Positions 47,181 to 56,879 of a DNA stretch of 64,000 nucleotides are shown one piece after another. Both the position numbers and the translations under genes were made by a program. How positions within the stretch are numbered: the first letter of the stretch is position 1; every line of letters starts with the position of its first letter. The stretch lies in the IMG/VR virus record IMGVR_UViG_3300032047_003368; one strand, written 5' to 3'. Source of the stretch: an uncultured virus (IMG/VR IMGVR_UViG_3300032047_003368). Lineage: Duplodnaviria; Heunggongvirae; Uroviricota; Caudoviricetes. Under the pieces are notes generated by a model that did no database searches, was not told the DNA's origin, and saw only the letters and a list, made by a program, of their open reading frames with translations.

Positions 47181-48029
47181 TTATTGATTACTGAATGAAG
47201 TGATTTTTAATTTTTTTACATACCTTGTATGCATCGATTCTTCGTTTTCAAGGGGAAGTCCACGATAATGATTAATTCTAAAGTCATTAAAGTCTGAAAT
47301 TTTTTTTGAATTAGGTTTCTCACCTGATAATCTTTTTAAAAAACCTCGTTTTTTTCCTACTTCGTATTTAGATTTCATATCATGAATAAACATATTTCTA
47401 ATCCAGTGTTTGTCAAACCATTTTATATCAATTTTAGGTTGCCACAATTTTTCCTGCTCACCAATATACGGATTTTTGACAATAGTTTTTTTTATATCTA
47501 TATCATAACCCCAGATGTTAATATCTGCAACTCGTTTGTTTCTTTGTCGTGCTTCGTAGACCCTTTGGTGAAAACTTATTGAATAATTGTTGGCATCCTC
47601 ATTAGTTTTTAAAAAGTCTTTTAAATTTAGTTTGTTTTTAGAATATAAGTACTCATCGGGATCAATATGTAACCACCAATCTGATTCATTGTTTGAGATG
47701 CAATGTTTATATCCGTATGCTTGGCACTTTTGTCTTGAATCTAAAATACACTCACAATTTGGTTGCCATTTAATTAACTCAACCGATTCATTGTGCTTAT
47801 CTACGATTTTATACAATTCCTTGTATATTTGTGCATCCGTATAATCTTCAAAATAATCAAGATGAGGTTTTTTTTCCCACTTGTTAAGATTATTTCCATC
47901 AGAGTCTATTGACACCGAATCGTAGATGTAGAATTTATCAATTCCGAGATTTTTATGATATTCAATCCACTCAGCAAGAAAAAAGGTCTCAAGTCGTGGT
48001 AGAATTTGTGTGTAAAGTGATATTTTCAT
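47181..48029 (-). CDS. GT2/GT92-like glycosyltransferase
   Basis: FLAEWIEYH..LGI.KFYIYD, IDPDEY, INHY. Confidence 0.78.
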   Translation of the reverse strand: MKISLYTQILPRLETFFLAEWIEYHKNLGIDKFYIYDSVSIDSDGNNLNKWEKKPHLDYFEDYTDAQIYKELYKIVDKHNESVELIKWQPNCECILDSRQKCQAYGYKHCISNNESDWWLHIDPDEYLYSKNKLNLKDFLKTNEDANNYSISFHQRVYEARQRNKRVADINIWGYDIDIKKTIVKNPYIGEQEKLWQPKIDIKWFDKHWIRNMFIHDMKSKYEVGKKRGFLKRLSGEKPNSKKISDFNDFRINHYRGLPLENEESMHTRYVKKLKITSFSNQ

Positions 48030-48664
48030 TTTTCTATTAAAAAAATTTGTGATAAATCAAAGTTATTGTTTGCTTTTTTTCTATTTAGTTTTGCAAGTTT
48101 TTTAAACCACATTCTTGCGTGTTTGTACGGGTCATCCTGACGATACCAATGGTAAACATAAACCCCATTCATTATTGCAATTTTAATATTTTTTTCATTT
48201 GCAGAAAATCTTACATTTTGATCTACTGCCAAAAACCCCTCATCCAAAAAACCACCAATCTCTTTCCATGCTGATTTTTTTATTAAAATACACACACCAC
48301 TAAATCCAGGTTGTTCCGTTTCGTTTTCAATCAGTTCAAAAACCTGATCGTAATATTCTTTTTGTAAAATTTCTCCAATCTGACGATGATATACAATATC
48401 GTGATTATATACGTCAATTCCACCAACCATGTGGTGCATATTCGCAATTCTATTTGTTCTTGCTCCAAAAATTCCGATATCGGAATTTTTTTCTATGATG
48501 TCATTTAATTGATTATACCAAGTTGATGTCGTAAACATTGCATCGTGATCTAAGAAACAAGCCCAATCGTCATCGTTGGGAAGAATGTCCATAAATTTAT
48601 TATACGCACATCCTATATTTTTTTCGCACTCAATCGGTGCATATGCTATGTGTGTGTAGATCAT
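48026..48664 (-). CDS. GT2-like glycosyltransferase ('WACFLDHD' family)
   Basis: Close paralog of 27811; start at MIYTH (48664). Confidence 0.78.
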   Translation of the reverse strand: MIYTHIAYAPIECEKNIGCAYNKFMDILPNDDDWACFLDHDAMFTTSTWYNQLNDIIEKNSDIGIFGARTNRIANMHHMVGGIDVYNHDIVYHRQIGEILQKEYYDQVFELIENETEQPGFSGVCILIKKSAWKEIGGFLDEGFLAVDQNVRFSANEKNIKIAIMNGVYVYHWYRQDDPYKHARMWFKKLAKLNRKKANNNFDLSQIFLIEK

Positions 48665-48687
48665 TATTCGGTGAGTGACTTCAGTTA

Positions 48688-49305
48688 CTAGTCTCCAAAT
48701 TTGTATGAAGATAACCACTTATCATTTTCGTATCGCCTTCTAATCAACTCTTGCATTTCATCATCGTAGTATTCGGTATAGTGTTTATGTTTGCTTTTAT
48801 GTGTATGTATAAGTTGTTGTCGTTGGATTCCTATATTATCACAGATTATATCGAAATCTTCTTGGAGGTTTTCAAATCTTCCTACAAAATCAACTAAGCA
48901 ATTATTATTGCTATCTGTGAATATTCCAGTTTCCAAACCTGATCGGTTGGTCAGGGACCGATAGTTATCTTTTAGATAATTATCTAAAAACTTTTCAAAT
49001 GACCCCTCAAATCGGTTTCTATACATTTCCCACTTGTACAAAGATACTATGCGGTTCCACGGATTTCTAACAAACACAAACTTGAAATAATCAGACCATT
49101 GCCAATTCTGATCTTCAAAGTGCTTTTTTAGCACTCTTGCTTTTATGTGATTGCCGAAGACCCACTCATTATTATTGTATATTACTTCTGGAGGAGCATC
49201 CACGGATTTAATATCAGAATATTCATCCAATGCTTTTCTAATTGATCCAGTTCCACTTTTTGGTAAAGCAATAAATACGAATTTATGTTTATGTGATATT
49301 CTCAT
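48688..49305 (-). CDS. Sulfotransferase (Sulfotransfer_2-like)
   Basis: PKSGTGSI, FVRNPWNRIVS, DFVGRFENL. Confidence 0.9.
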   Translation of the reverse strand: MRISHKHKFVFIALPKSGTGSIRKALDEYSDIKSVDAPPEVIYNNNEWVFGNHIKARVLKKHFEDQNWQWSDYFKFVFVRNPWNRIVSLYKWEMYRNRFEGSFEKFLDNYLKDNYRSLTNRSGLETGIFTDSNNNCLVDFVGRFENLQEDFDIICDNIGIQRQQLIHTHKSKHKHYTEYYDDEMQELIRRRYENDKWLSSYKFGD

Positions 49306-49308
49306 AAT

Positions 49309-49965
49309 TTATTCTCCAAATTCATACCCAAAATACTCAATGTCTTTTGCGTATTTTTCTGCGACAATTGAACGAGTTTCATCATCGTAGTATTCTGTGT
49401 AGTGTTTGTGTTTAGTTTTATTTTCGTGTGGAAGTTGTTGACGTGGAATTCCAATTTTGTCGCAGATTGTATCAAAATCTTGTTGTAAATTTTCAAATTT
49501 TCCGATGAAATCTACTAAACATTTTCCATTATCATCATAAATAAAATTATATTGTGGATAGGTATGATCAATTCTTGTTGATTCATCGTTGCTGTTAGAA
49601 AGTATTCTCTCAAAATAACCTTCACGATTTAAATATTTTAAAAAAGTTTTAGATCTCCATCTTTTATTTGATTTTCCTCTTAAAAACTTCCAATCTGAAA
49701 TTGCTCGTTCATATGGATTTCTAACAAACGCAAACTTAAAATATTCAGATACATCTTTCTCGTATAAATCATTTATTTGTTGCATCGTTGCGTGGTGCAT
49801 CCAAAATTTATGTTCTTTATTCCATCCTGCAAACAGATTTGTGTCTGATATTTCTGAGATTACGGCTCCACCGTGAGATAGACGTGGATATAAAACTTGC
49901 TCAATGCTTGAACCCGCAGTTTTCGGAATGTGTACAAATACACATTTTAAATCATTTATCACCAT
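49309..49965 (-). CDS. Sulfotransferase (Sulfotransfer_2-like)
   Basis: HIPKTAGSSI, FVRNPYERAIS, DFIGKFENL. Confidence 0.9.
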   Translation of the reverse strand: MVINDLKCVFVHIPKTAGSSIEQVLYPRLSHGGAVISEISDTNLFAGWNKEHKFWMHHATMQQINDLYEKDVSEYFKFAFVRNPYERAISDWKFLRGKSNKRWRSKTFLKYLNREGYFERILSNSNDESTRIDHTYPQYNFIYDDNGKCLVDFIGKFENLQQDFDTICDKIGIPRQQLPHENKTKHKHYTEYYDDETRSIVAEKYAKDIEYFGYEFGE

Positions 49966-49985
49966 ACATTATAAATATTAAGTTA

Positions 49986-50840
49986 TTATAAAAACTTTCC
50001 ACGCAAAGCATCTTTATATGAAGACTTTGGTATTCTTCTCAATAAACGATCATATTGTTGAACATCAATAAAGTTCTGCTCTAAGCAGATACTTTCTAAG
50101 CACCCTATACACACTCCTTGTCTTCTTTGAATTGTACGAATGTACGAAGATGTATCAAAGAAACTCTCGGCAGTTCCTGCGTCTAACCACGCACTTCCAT
50201 TGGGCATTACTTTTACTTTAAGATCACCTCGTTTCAAATACTCATTATTGACGTCTGTAATTTCAAGTTCACCTCTTGCAGACGGTTTAAGATTCTTGGA
50301 AATGTTTACCACATCGTTGTCATAAAAATATAATCCAGTAACCGCATAGTTGCTTTTGGGTTTTTTTGGTTTTTCTTCAATGCTTAACGCAATCTTATTT
50401 TTATCGAATTCAACAACTCCGTATCTTTCTGGATCTTCCACCCTATAAGCAAACACGGTTCCTCCTTTTATTGGAGTTTCAATTTCAAAGAATTTGTTTG
50501 ATGCGTGAAAAAAGTTGTCACCTAAAATCAAACACACAGGATCATTTTTAATAAAATTCTCCGCAAGAATAAATGCTTCGGCAATTCCGTTGCTTTTTTC
50601 CTGATGAACATATTCGAATTTGCATCCGAACTTTTTTCCATCACCGAAAAGTTTGCGGAAAAATCTCAATCCGATGTCGTTAGAGATTATACATATTTCG
50701 TTGATACCGAATCTCAATAAACTCGACAACGAATAGTAAATCATTGGTTTATCGTAAAGCATAAGCAATTGCTTGCTTGCTACACTCGTTGTTGGATACA
50801 AACGAGTACCACTTCCTCCTGCTAATATTATTCCTTTCAT
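49986..50840 (-). CDS. rmlA: Glucose-1-phosphate thymidylyltransferase
   Basis: GIILAGGSGTRLYP, SKQL, LGDN, EEKP, SARGELEITD. Confidence 0.96.
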   Translation of the reverse strand: MKGIILAGGSGTRLYPTTSVASKQLLMLYDKPMIYYSLSSLLRFGINEICIISNDIGLRFFRKLFGDGKKFGCKFEYVHQEKSNGIAEAFILAENFIKNDPVCLILGDNFFHASNKFFEIETPIKGGTVFAYRVEDPERYGVVEFDKNKIALSIEEKPKKPKSNYAVTGLYFYDNDVVNISKNLKPSARGELEITDVNNEYLKRGDLKVKVMPNGSAWLDAGTAESFFDTSSYIRTIQRRQGVCIGCLESICLEQNFIDVQQYDRLLRRIPKSSYKDALRGKFL

Positions 50841-51766
50841 TTGTTTACACCCAATCTTCTAAATGCAGTATTCTCACGATCCCAATGACCACCTTTTTGA
50901 AATTGGCTTTCTAATGCAAAGTCGTGAAGAACTTTTAAATTTTCATTGAACCACAAAGCAAACTCTCCTCCAGCAGCTGCACACTTAATGATTGAATTTG
51001 TTCTGCTTAAAAGCAATGTGTCAATTAAAACATCTTCTCCTTTTTTATATGGACTTCCGTTTTCAAGTTCAAACGCAGCCACATCATTATCACTTCGCAA
51101 ACTATCGTATGTAAGCACTCGTTCACTGCCGTACTTATTTTTAAATAAATCAACATACTGTGTCTGATCCGTTGCAAGAAAAATGTGTACATCTTTTTGT
51201 GTATCTAATATCTCAAAATATTTTTCAACTGATGTTGCCGTTGCATATGCAAAGTCCGTTCCACGAACATGACATCCTATAACATTCTTGTTATTAAAAT
51301 TTTCATTTACGAAGTTGTCCACGATTTTCTGAATATGTGGTTTTACAACAACATACCTCTTCATAAGTTGCCGTGCAGTCTTGCGTTTACTTTCCAACCA
51401 TTTTTTTGGATCACCTTTATGTTCGTCTCCACCAATTTTTCTGTCACTTTTCCAAAATGTATCCACTCGGTCAGGATTCGGATGCGAGTTCTGATTACGG
51501 AATTGACGATCTTTTAATGTACACTTTGGCAGGTTGTTAGCAATTACATCGGCATACGAAACTTCGGCAACGGGTTCAAAATAATATTCCCAAGTATTTT
51601 CTCCATACGATTCCTCATAAAAGAAATTGCGAATAGAGTTATCAAAGTTGACAACAGGAATCAAGTCGTGTTGCTCTGCATATAAAATACCGTTCAACGC
51701 AAACTTTATGTATGCGGTGAATCCTGCGTTTTCGTCACCTGACTTGATGATAAAGTGTTTTTTCAT
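50837..51766 (-). CDS. NodZ/GT23-like (fucosyltransferase-fold) glycosyltransferase
   Basis: N.WEYYFEP, GCHVRGTD, FLATD, GEDVLID..LLS. Confidence 0.8.
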   Translation of the reverse strand: MKKHFIIKSGDENAGFTAYIKFALNGILYAEQHDLIPVVNFDNSIRNFFYEESYGENTWEYYFEPVAEVSYADVIANNLPKCTLKDRQFRNQNSHPNPDRVDTFWKSDRKIGGDEHKGDPKKWLESKRKTARQLMKRYVVVKPHIQKIVDNFVNENFNNKNVIGCHVRGTDFAYATATSVEKYFEILDTQKDVHIFLATDQTQYVDLFKNKYGSERVLTYDSLRSDNDVAAFELENGSPYKKGEDVLIDTLLLSRTNSIIKCAAAGGEFALWFNENLKVLHDFALESQFQKGGHWDRENTAFRRLGVNK

Positions 51767-52482
51767 TCAAACAAATCCTCATAACTTTTTATAGATAATT
51801 TGGTTTGCTCTATGACTTCACGATTTATATTACTATATCCTTCTTTTTGAAAGCACATTGGATTTCTCATTATATGCTTTTTATTGATTTTATCACCAAG
51901 GTATTTATCCATACTCCAAACTCGTTTATGGTGCGAAATGACATCTTCCATTTCCCAGTCAACCCTAAGATAGTGATTTCTTAATATTCGATTATACACA
52001 CTTTGGTTGACCGCATACGAATGAATCGCATAAATTGGTACATTTACTTTATACAAATCATCTGATTTTTTTTCCACTTTATTATTGATTTCTTGGTTAA
52101 TGATGTTACCTCCAAGAAAAAATAAATTCCAATCTTCATTTTTAAGACTATTCAAAGCAGTTTGAAATTTATTTTTATCATAGTCTTTAAAGTAAACATC
52201 GTCCTCAAAAATAAAAACATTGTCAAGATTGTTTTCTTTTGCATACTTTACACACGACATATGGCTCATAATAGTCCCATCAAGATTTTTCCATTTAAGT
52301 TTTCCACGCACATTTTTTCCAGTAGGTCCACCCTCATTTTTACTTGTTCTTGCACTAAACCTCTCTACTTTATTTAAAATACCAATTTTATCAAACTCTT
52401 TCTGCACTTGTTCCCAACGATCAGGTCGCGAATCAAGATTTATGCAGAATATCTTATCAAAATAGTCGAATGGATTTTTCAT
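51763..52482 (-). CDS. GT25-like glycosyltransferase
   Basis: CINLDSRPDRW, SH, IFEDDV, HSYAVN; start at 52482 with SD. Confidence 0.85.
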   Translation of the reverse strand: MKNPFDYFDKIFCINLDSRPDRWEQVQKEFDKIGILNKVERFSARTSKNEGGPTGKNVRGKLKWKNLDGTIMSHMSCVKYAKENNLDNVFIFEDDVYFKDYDKNKFQTALNSLKNEDWNLFFLGGNIINQEINNKVEKKSDDLYKVNVPIYAIHSYAVNQSVYNRILRNHYLRVDWEMEDVISHHKRVWSMDKYLGDKINKKHIMRNPMCFQKEGYSNINREVIEQTKLSIKSYEDLFE

Positions 52483-52489
52483 ATATAAC

Positions 52490-53218
52490 CTACCTTTTTG
52501 ATTTATATTTACCGGCTGCCACATCACTTATTCCTTCTGCCTGAAATGCAATTTGCTCCTTTGCCGTAAAGAACTCACGACATATGTGTGAAAGAAAATA
52601 TTCAACCCTCTTCCACCACCGTTTTCTTGTTGTTTTGGCATGCAGTACTCTTTTTTCAAACTCACTTCTATATGTTTCAAACATCATATGATTGATTGAA
52701 TACGCATGGGCAAGTCCAAACCCATCAATCTTAAATAAATTTGCCGAAAAATCTTCACACTTTGATCTACCCCAAGCATCACAACCCAATAAAAACAATT
52801 TCCAATCAGACGGAAGTTCCGACAAACATAGTTTTAGATATTCTTCGTCATATTTTTCAAAACAAACGTCATCTTCAAACACCAAATAATTTGACACATT
52901 TGATTCCATTGCTCGGACAAGACAACTATGATGACTCAACGAAACGGCAAACGCATTCACCTGGTCGTACGCCGAGGGATTTGCGAACCTTATGTGGCCA
53001 CCCACATGATACGGAATGTGTATGGTTTCTTCACCATTATTAAAATCAATAAAATGCTTTCCTTGTTTGCTAGGACGATATGCTGAAACCCTCTCAACTC
53101 TGTTTAGAATCCCAACTTTATCAAATTCCGTTTGCACTTGTTCCCATCTATCAGGACGAGAATCCAGATTTATACAAAATATTTTATCAAAATAATCAAA
53201 TGGATTTTTATTTTTCAT
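52490..53218 (-). CDS. GT25-like glycosyltransferase
   Basis: CINLDSRPDRW, LSH, VFEDDV, AHAYSIN. Confidence 0.85.
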   Translation of the reverse strand: MKNKNPFDYFDKIFCINLDSRPDRWEQVQTEFDKVGILNRVERVSAYRPSKQGKHFIDFNNGEETIHIPYHVGGHIRFANPSAYDQVNAFAVSLSHHSCLVRAMESNVSNYLVFEDDVCFEKYDEEYLKLCLSELPSDWKLFLLGCDAWGRSKCEDFSANLFKIDGFGLAHAYSINHMMFETYRSEFEKRVLHAKTTRKRWWKRVEYFLSHICREFFTAKEQIAFQAEGISDVAAGKYKSKR

Positions 53219-53996
53219 TTACAAAGTCGGTTTTTTTAAAATCAAAAGGTAGCATTTCTTCTTGTGGTTTTAATTTTATATTTTTAAGTGTATTCTTCAT
53301 TACTGCCCAATCATTTTGAGTAAAATTTAAAAATTCACCTTGATTTGGTCTTTTTTGGTAATGAATATAATCATTAGAATTAAAATCATCTTTTCTCTTT
53401 TCACTTTTAAATTCATCTGAATATAAATAGTAAATACCAAAATTCAAGTTAGGATATGTTTTTTTTACGTTTTCAATTAAATTTTCATATTGCTTGCTTT
53501 TATTATTATCCCATACCCGGCTTTTTTTTCTGCCATCACAAATCATTGGATCTGTGCGTAAAAATAAAATTTTATTCTCACTTTCTAATAAAGAAATTAA
53601 TCTTTGTTGCCGATTCCACATGGTTGTTTTGAATCGTTTCCAAGCATTACCCACTTGCCATGTGGAATTCTTCGAATTAAAATTATTCCAATCTGATCGT
53701 TTCATATCACCCAACCATTTTTTATATACATGAATATAAAATAATTTTTCATACTTATTATTTCTTGTTCTTTTTGGTCTGCCGTATAATTTCCAATCAG
53801 ATGAATTATCCATAAAACCATCAAATTTACAAGATAGTAATTCGGTTATTGAATCCAATGCACGGGTAGTCTCTATACTATCAAACGGACTTGAAAAATA
53901 TCTTAAGTTTAATTTTTTGGTTATGGAATGAACTTCACAATTTACTCCAAGATTTATCACCACATTCCACTTTGTATCTATTACTTTAGTATTCAT
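53208..53996 (-). CDS. DUF1796-like protein
   Basis: INLGVNC...SSPFD...R.QRL...KILFLR; start at MNTKV (53996). Confidence 0.65.
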   Translation of the reverse strand: MNTKVIDTKWNVVINLGVNCEVHSITKKLNLRYFSSPFDSIETTRALDSITELLSCKFDGFMDNSSDWKLYGRPKRTRNNKYEKLFYIHVYKKWLGDMKRSDWNNFNSKNSTWQVGNAWKRFKTTMWNRQQRLISLLESENKILFLRTDPMICDGRKKSRVWDNNKSKQYENLIENVKKTYPNLNFGIYYLYSDEFKSEKRKDDFNSNDYIHYQKRPNQGEFLNFTQNDWAVMKNTLKNIKLKPQEEMLPFDFKKTDFVNEK

Positions 53997-54591
53997 ATTT
54001 AAATCTTTCAAAATCGTCTTTAAAGTTTTCCACCACAACTTGCTTTTGATAATCCGAATAATAGTCCATATAATGTTTTGTATGAGGATTGATTTTAGAT
54101 TTGGTATGAGGAAGTATATGGTTGTCAAATGGAAGATTAAGTTTTCTTAATATTCTAGTTATATCATCATTTAGACTTTCTAATTTTATATAATCATCCA
54201 AAATATACTCTCCATTTAGCATACAATATTTTGAAAAACTGGACACACGAATTGATTTTCTAAACTCACGTGAAAAGTTTGCACTTCGTGCATTTCCTTT
54301 GTATCTAAGAAAGTGAAAAAACGAAACTATTCGGTCATATGGATTTCTTACATTCATAAAAACAAAATATTCTTTAAAAATATTTTCTCCAAACAAATTT
54401 CTAATTTGATTTGAAGACGCATGGTTTTCTATGCCATCAAAATTTCTTGGTAGATGTTTATGCCCCTCTGCATCCAAATCAGTCACTATATCATCTTCTC
54501 CACAAAAATTGGATAGCAATAATTCTGTTGATGTTGATGCAACCTTCTCAACCTTAAAATAAATAAATTTATGTTTATGTGAAATTATCAT
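53986..54591 (-). CDS. Sulfotransferase (Sulfotransfer_2-like)
   Basis: KVASTS, VRNPYDRIVS, KLESL, HY.DYY. Confidence 0.88.
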   Translation of the reverse strand: MIISHKHKFIYFKVEKVASTSTELLLSNFCGEDDIVTDLDAEGHKHLPRNFDGIENHASSNQIRNLFGENIFKEYFVFMNVRNPYDRIVSFFHFLRYKGNARSANFSREFRKSIRVSSFSKYCMLNGEYILDDYIKLESLNDDITRILRKLNLPFDNHILPHTKSKINPHTKHYMDYYSDYQKQVVVENFKDDFERFKYEY

Positions 54592-55331
54592 TTGGTTAAG
54601 TTCTCCAATACTTCTTTTATTTTTTCAAAAGTTGCAGTTGCACCTAGATCATCTGGATCATAAGGTATAAAATTCCATAGAAGTTTAACATTTTTAAAAT
54701 GCTTTATATTGTCATAATGATGCTGGCCGTGCAATAAAGTCGAAATTTTATTAAGAGGATTGGCATACCAACCACAATAATAATTTATGTTTGGTTGCAT
54801 TATCTCGGTTAGATTTTTATATTTTACATAATCTTTACTACCACAAACTGATTTACTTATCCATAAAACTCCACCTTTTTCTTTTTTATTCTTGTAACTG
54901 CATGGCCATGATTTATTTACCACATATTCTAAATCAATTTGTGGAATATTTGCAATTACTGTATGAGCATAAAGTAGACTTCCAAACAAAATACTTGCAT
55001 ATCCACCGGCAGAAGAACCCGTTGTAATTACATTGTCATAATTTGAACATTCTTTTTTTAAAAACTTAACTGTTGCATCAACATCATTTCCAATGCCATT
55101 TAATGCTCCTAAATACCAATGGAATCTATTTCTCACTAATAAGATATCGAAATTAGAATTTTTATTATCGTACTTATGATTTACCAATGTACTTTTTCTT
55201 TCGTAACCATCGTGTCCATTTCCTGCAAAACAAATAATTAAATTTTTGCAGTCAGAGCCAATTTTACAAAACGATATATCAGATTTTTCTTGTTTGTTAA
55301 TATAATTAAATGCTTCTTCTTTAGTTTTCAT
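54588..55331 (-). CDS. Alpha/beta-hydrolase fold protein
   Basis: GSSAGGYAS nucleophile elbow; start at 55331. Confidence 0.75.
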   Translation of the reverse strand: MKTKEEAFNYINKQEKSDISFCKIGSDCKNLIICFAGNGHDGYERKSTLVNHKYDNKNSNFDILLVRNRFHWYLGALNGIGNDVDATVKFLKKECSNYDNVITTGSSAGGYASILFGSLLYAHTVIANIPQIDLEYVVNKSWPCSYKNKKEKGGVLWISKSVCGSKDYVKYKNLTEIMQPNINYYCGWYANPLNKISTLLHGQHHYDNIKHFKNVKLLWNFIPYDPDDLGATATFEKIKEVLENLTK

Positions 55332-56176
55332 TACCTCACCTCCACACGAATCCAATCTTCGCAAATTATATCCCGATCACTAAACTTTCGTTTCTTATGC
55401 AACGGATGCCATTCCGTTGGAGCGATCACAACTCGTTCCTCATTATTATTTAACCACGCACCCCACCAACTAAATGTTGAGTTTGCAATAACATTGTGAT
55501 CACACATACTCATTAAGTGAATATCCATATAATCTTTCTCTCCACGAACAAATGTAACATTTGCATCAAACTCGGACAAATCAAGATTTTCTTCTACCCA
55601 ATCAACTGCATCTGAGAATATCACGATGTTATCAATTGTCTTATCCATTTGTAAAATTTTGCGAATCGCATTTGGATAGTAAGTGTTCAAATCTTCAAAC
55701 AAACAATAATAAGCAGAACTATAAGTGTCAGCATTATCCCGACCTTTGCGAATATGAAGTGACACACTATTTTTCAATACATCAGAATATTTGTTTTCAA
55801 GGTATTTCTTTTCAACGAGAGTTGGTTCAAACATTTTTTGAATTTCTTTTTTATATTCCGCAAAATATTTTTCACTTTGACGAAATCCACGCATTTGAAC
55901 ATTTTTGTTTGAATAAAATGGTATTTCCTGATAACGGAATCCCAGCGACTTGGGTTCTTCTAAAAATTCTTCTATTTCAAAGTCTACTTCATCATTGAAC
56001 GGTATGTTTGGAAACACCTTCAACAATGACTCACGACCTTTATCGTGATTACGAGATATTTGGTTGCTTTTTACAATTGGTATGAGATTATGTTTCCAAG
56101 CATATGCAAACATCGTAGATACATTAAACATTTGATTTGCAAGAAGTCCTTTTAAATGTATGTTAATGTAGTTCAT
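55331..56176 (-). CDS. GT11 alpha-1,2-fucosyltransferase-like
   Basis: GLLANQMF, QSEKYF, SLHIR, FSD, MSMCDHNVIANSTFSWWGAWL. Confidence 0.92.
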   Translation of the reverse strand: MNYINIHLKGLLANQMFNVSTMFAYAWKHNLIPIVKSNQISRNHDKGRESLLKVFPNIPFNDEVDFEIEEFLEEPKSLGFRYQEIPFYSNKNVQMRGFRQSEKYFAEYKKEIQKMFEPTLVEKKYLENKYSDVLKNSVSLHIRKGRDNADTYSSAYYCLFEDLNTYYPNAIRKILQMDKTIDNIVIFSDAVDWVEENLDLSEFDANVTFVRGEKDYMDIHLMSMCDHNVIANSTFSWWGAWLNNNEERVVIAPTEWHPLHKKRKFSDRDIICEDWIRVEVR

Positions 56177-56198
56177 TTTTCTTTAAAATCGTATGGTT

Positions 56199-56879
56199 TC
56201 ATTTCTTTTTTAATACAAGAACTTGACCCGGTGAAGTTGACGATTTATGTAACAGAATATAGTTTGACTCATTTTTTATCTTTTTAATTAATTTTTTTGA
56301 AATGACATCACTGTGATTATATTTGTTTTGATTAAAATATTCATGAAATAAATCCAAGGTTTTTGGTTGGATTGGAACTCCAAAATCCACTTCGTCTGGT
56401 TGCCAGTGTAAATCCTCAATTATAAATAAACCACCTGAAGATAGTTTATCCCATAGATATTTAATTGCATTTTGTTGATGGTAAGAGTTATGAGATGCGT
56501 CTTCAAGTATTATATCAAACTTATCTCTTGATTCAGAAAGTTTTTTCATATCAGAATCGTTACCACTGTCACCCATAATAAAATGAAAATTTTGAGAACT
56601 TTGACTTGAGAAATCTGAAATATCAAATCCAACCAAGTCAATTTTTTCACCAAAATATTCCAACCACATTTGTATAGATGGAGAGTTTCCTCTATATATT
56701 CCCGAAGAACCTCCGAGTTCCGGACCTCCTTTCTTTAAACCAATTTCAAGAAAAGTTATTTTCTTATTTCTAAAAGACATAAACAAATCCTCATATAATA
56801 TTGTATACCCATGTCCTTGATCATGTGATAATCCTTTATCACTCTTGTACTTATCTGCCAATTCTGTAAGTGTTTTCAT
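56199..56879 (-). CDS. Class I SAM-dependent (sugar O-)methyltransferase
   Basis: SDK...HGY...Y, FLEIG, GFDI, FDIILEDASH, GGLFIIED. Confidence 0.85.
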   Translation of the reverse strand: MKTLTELADKYKSDKGLSHDQGHGYTILYEDLFMSFRNKKITFLEIGLKKGGPELGGSSGIYRGNSPSIQMWLEYFGEKIDLVGFDISDFSSQSSQNFHFIMGDSGNDSDMKKLSESRDKFDIILEDASHNSYHQQNAIKYLWDKLSSGGLFIIEDLHWQPDEVDFGVPIQPKTLDLFHEYFNQNKYNHSDVISKKLIKKIKNESNYILLHKSSTSPGQVLVLKKK

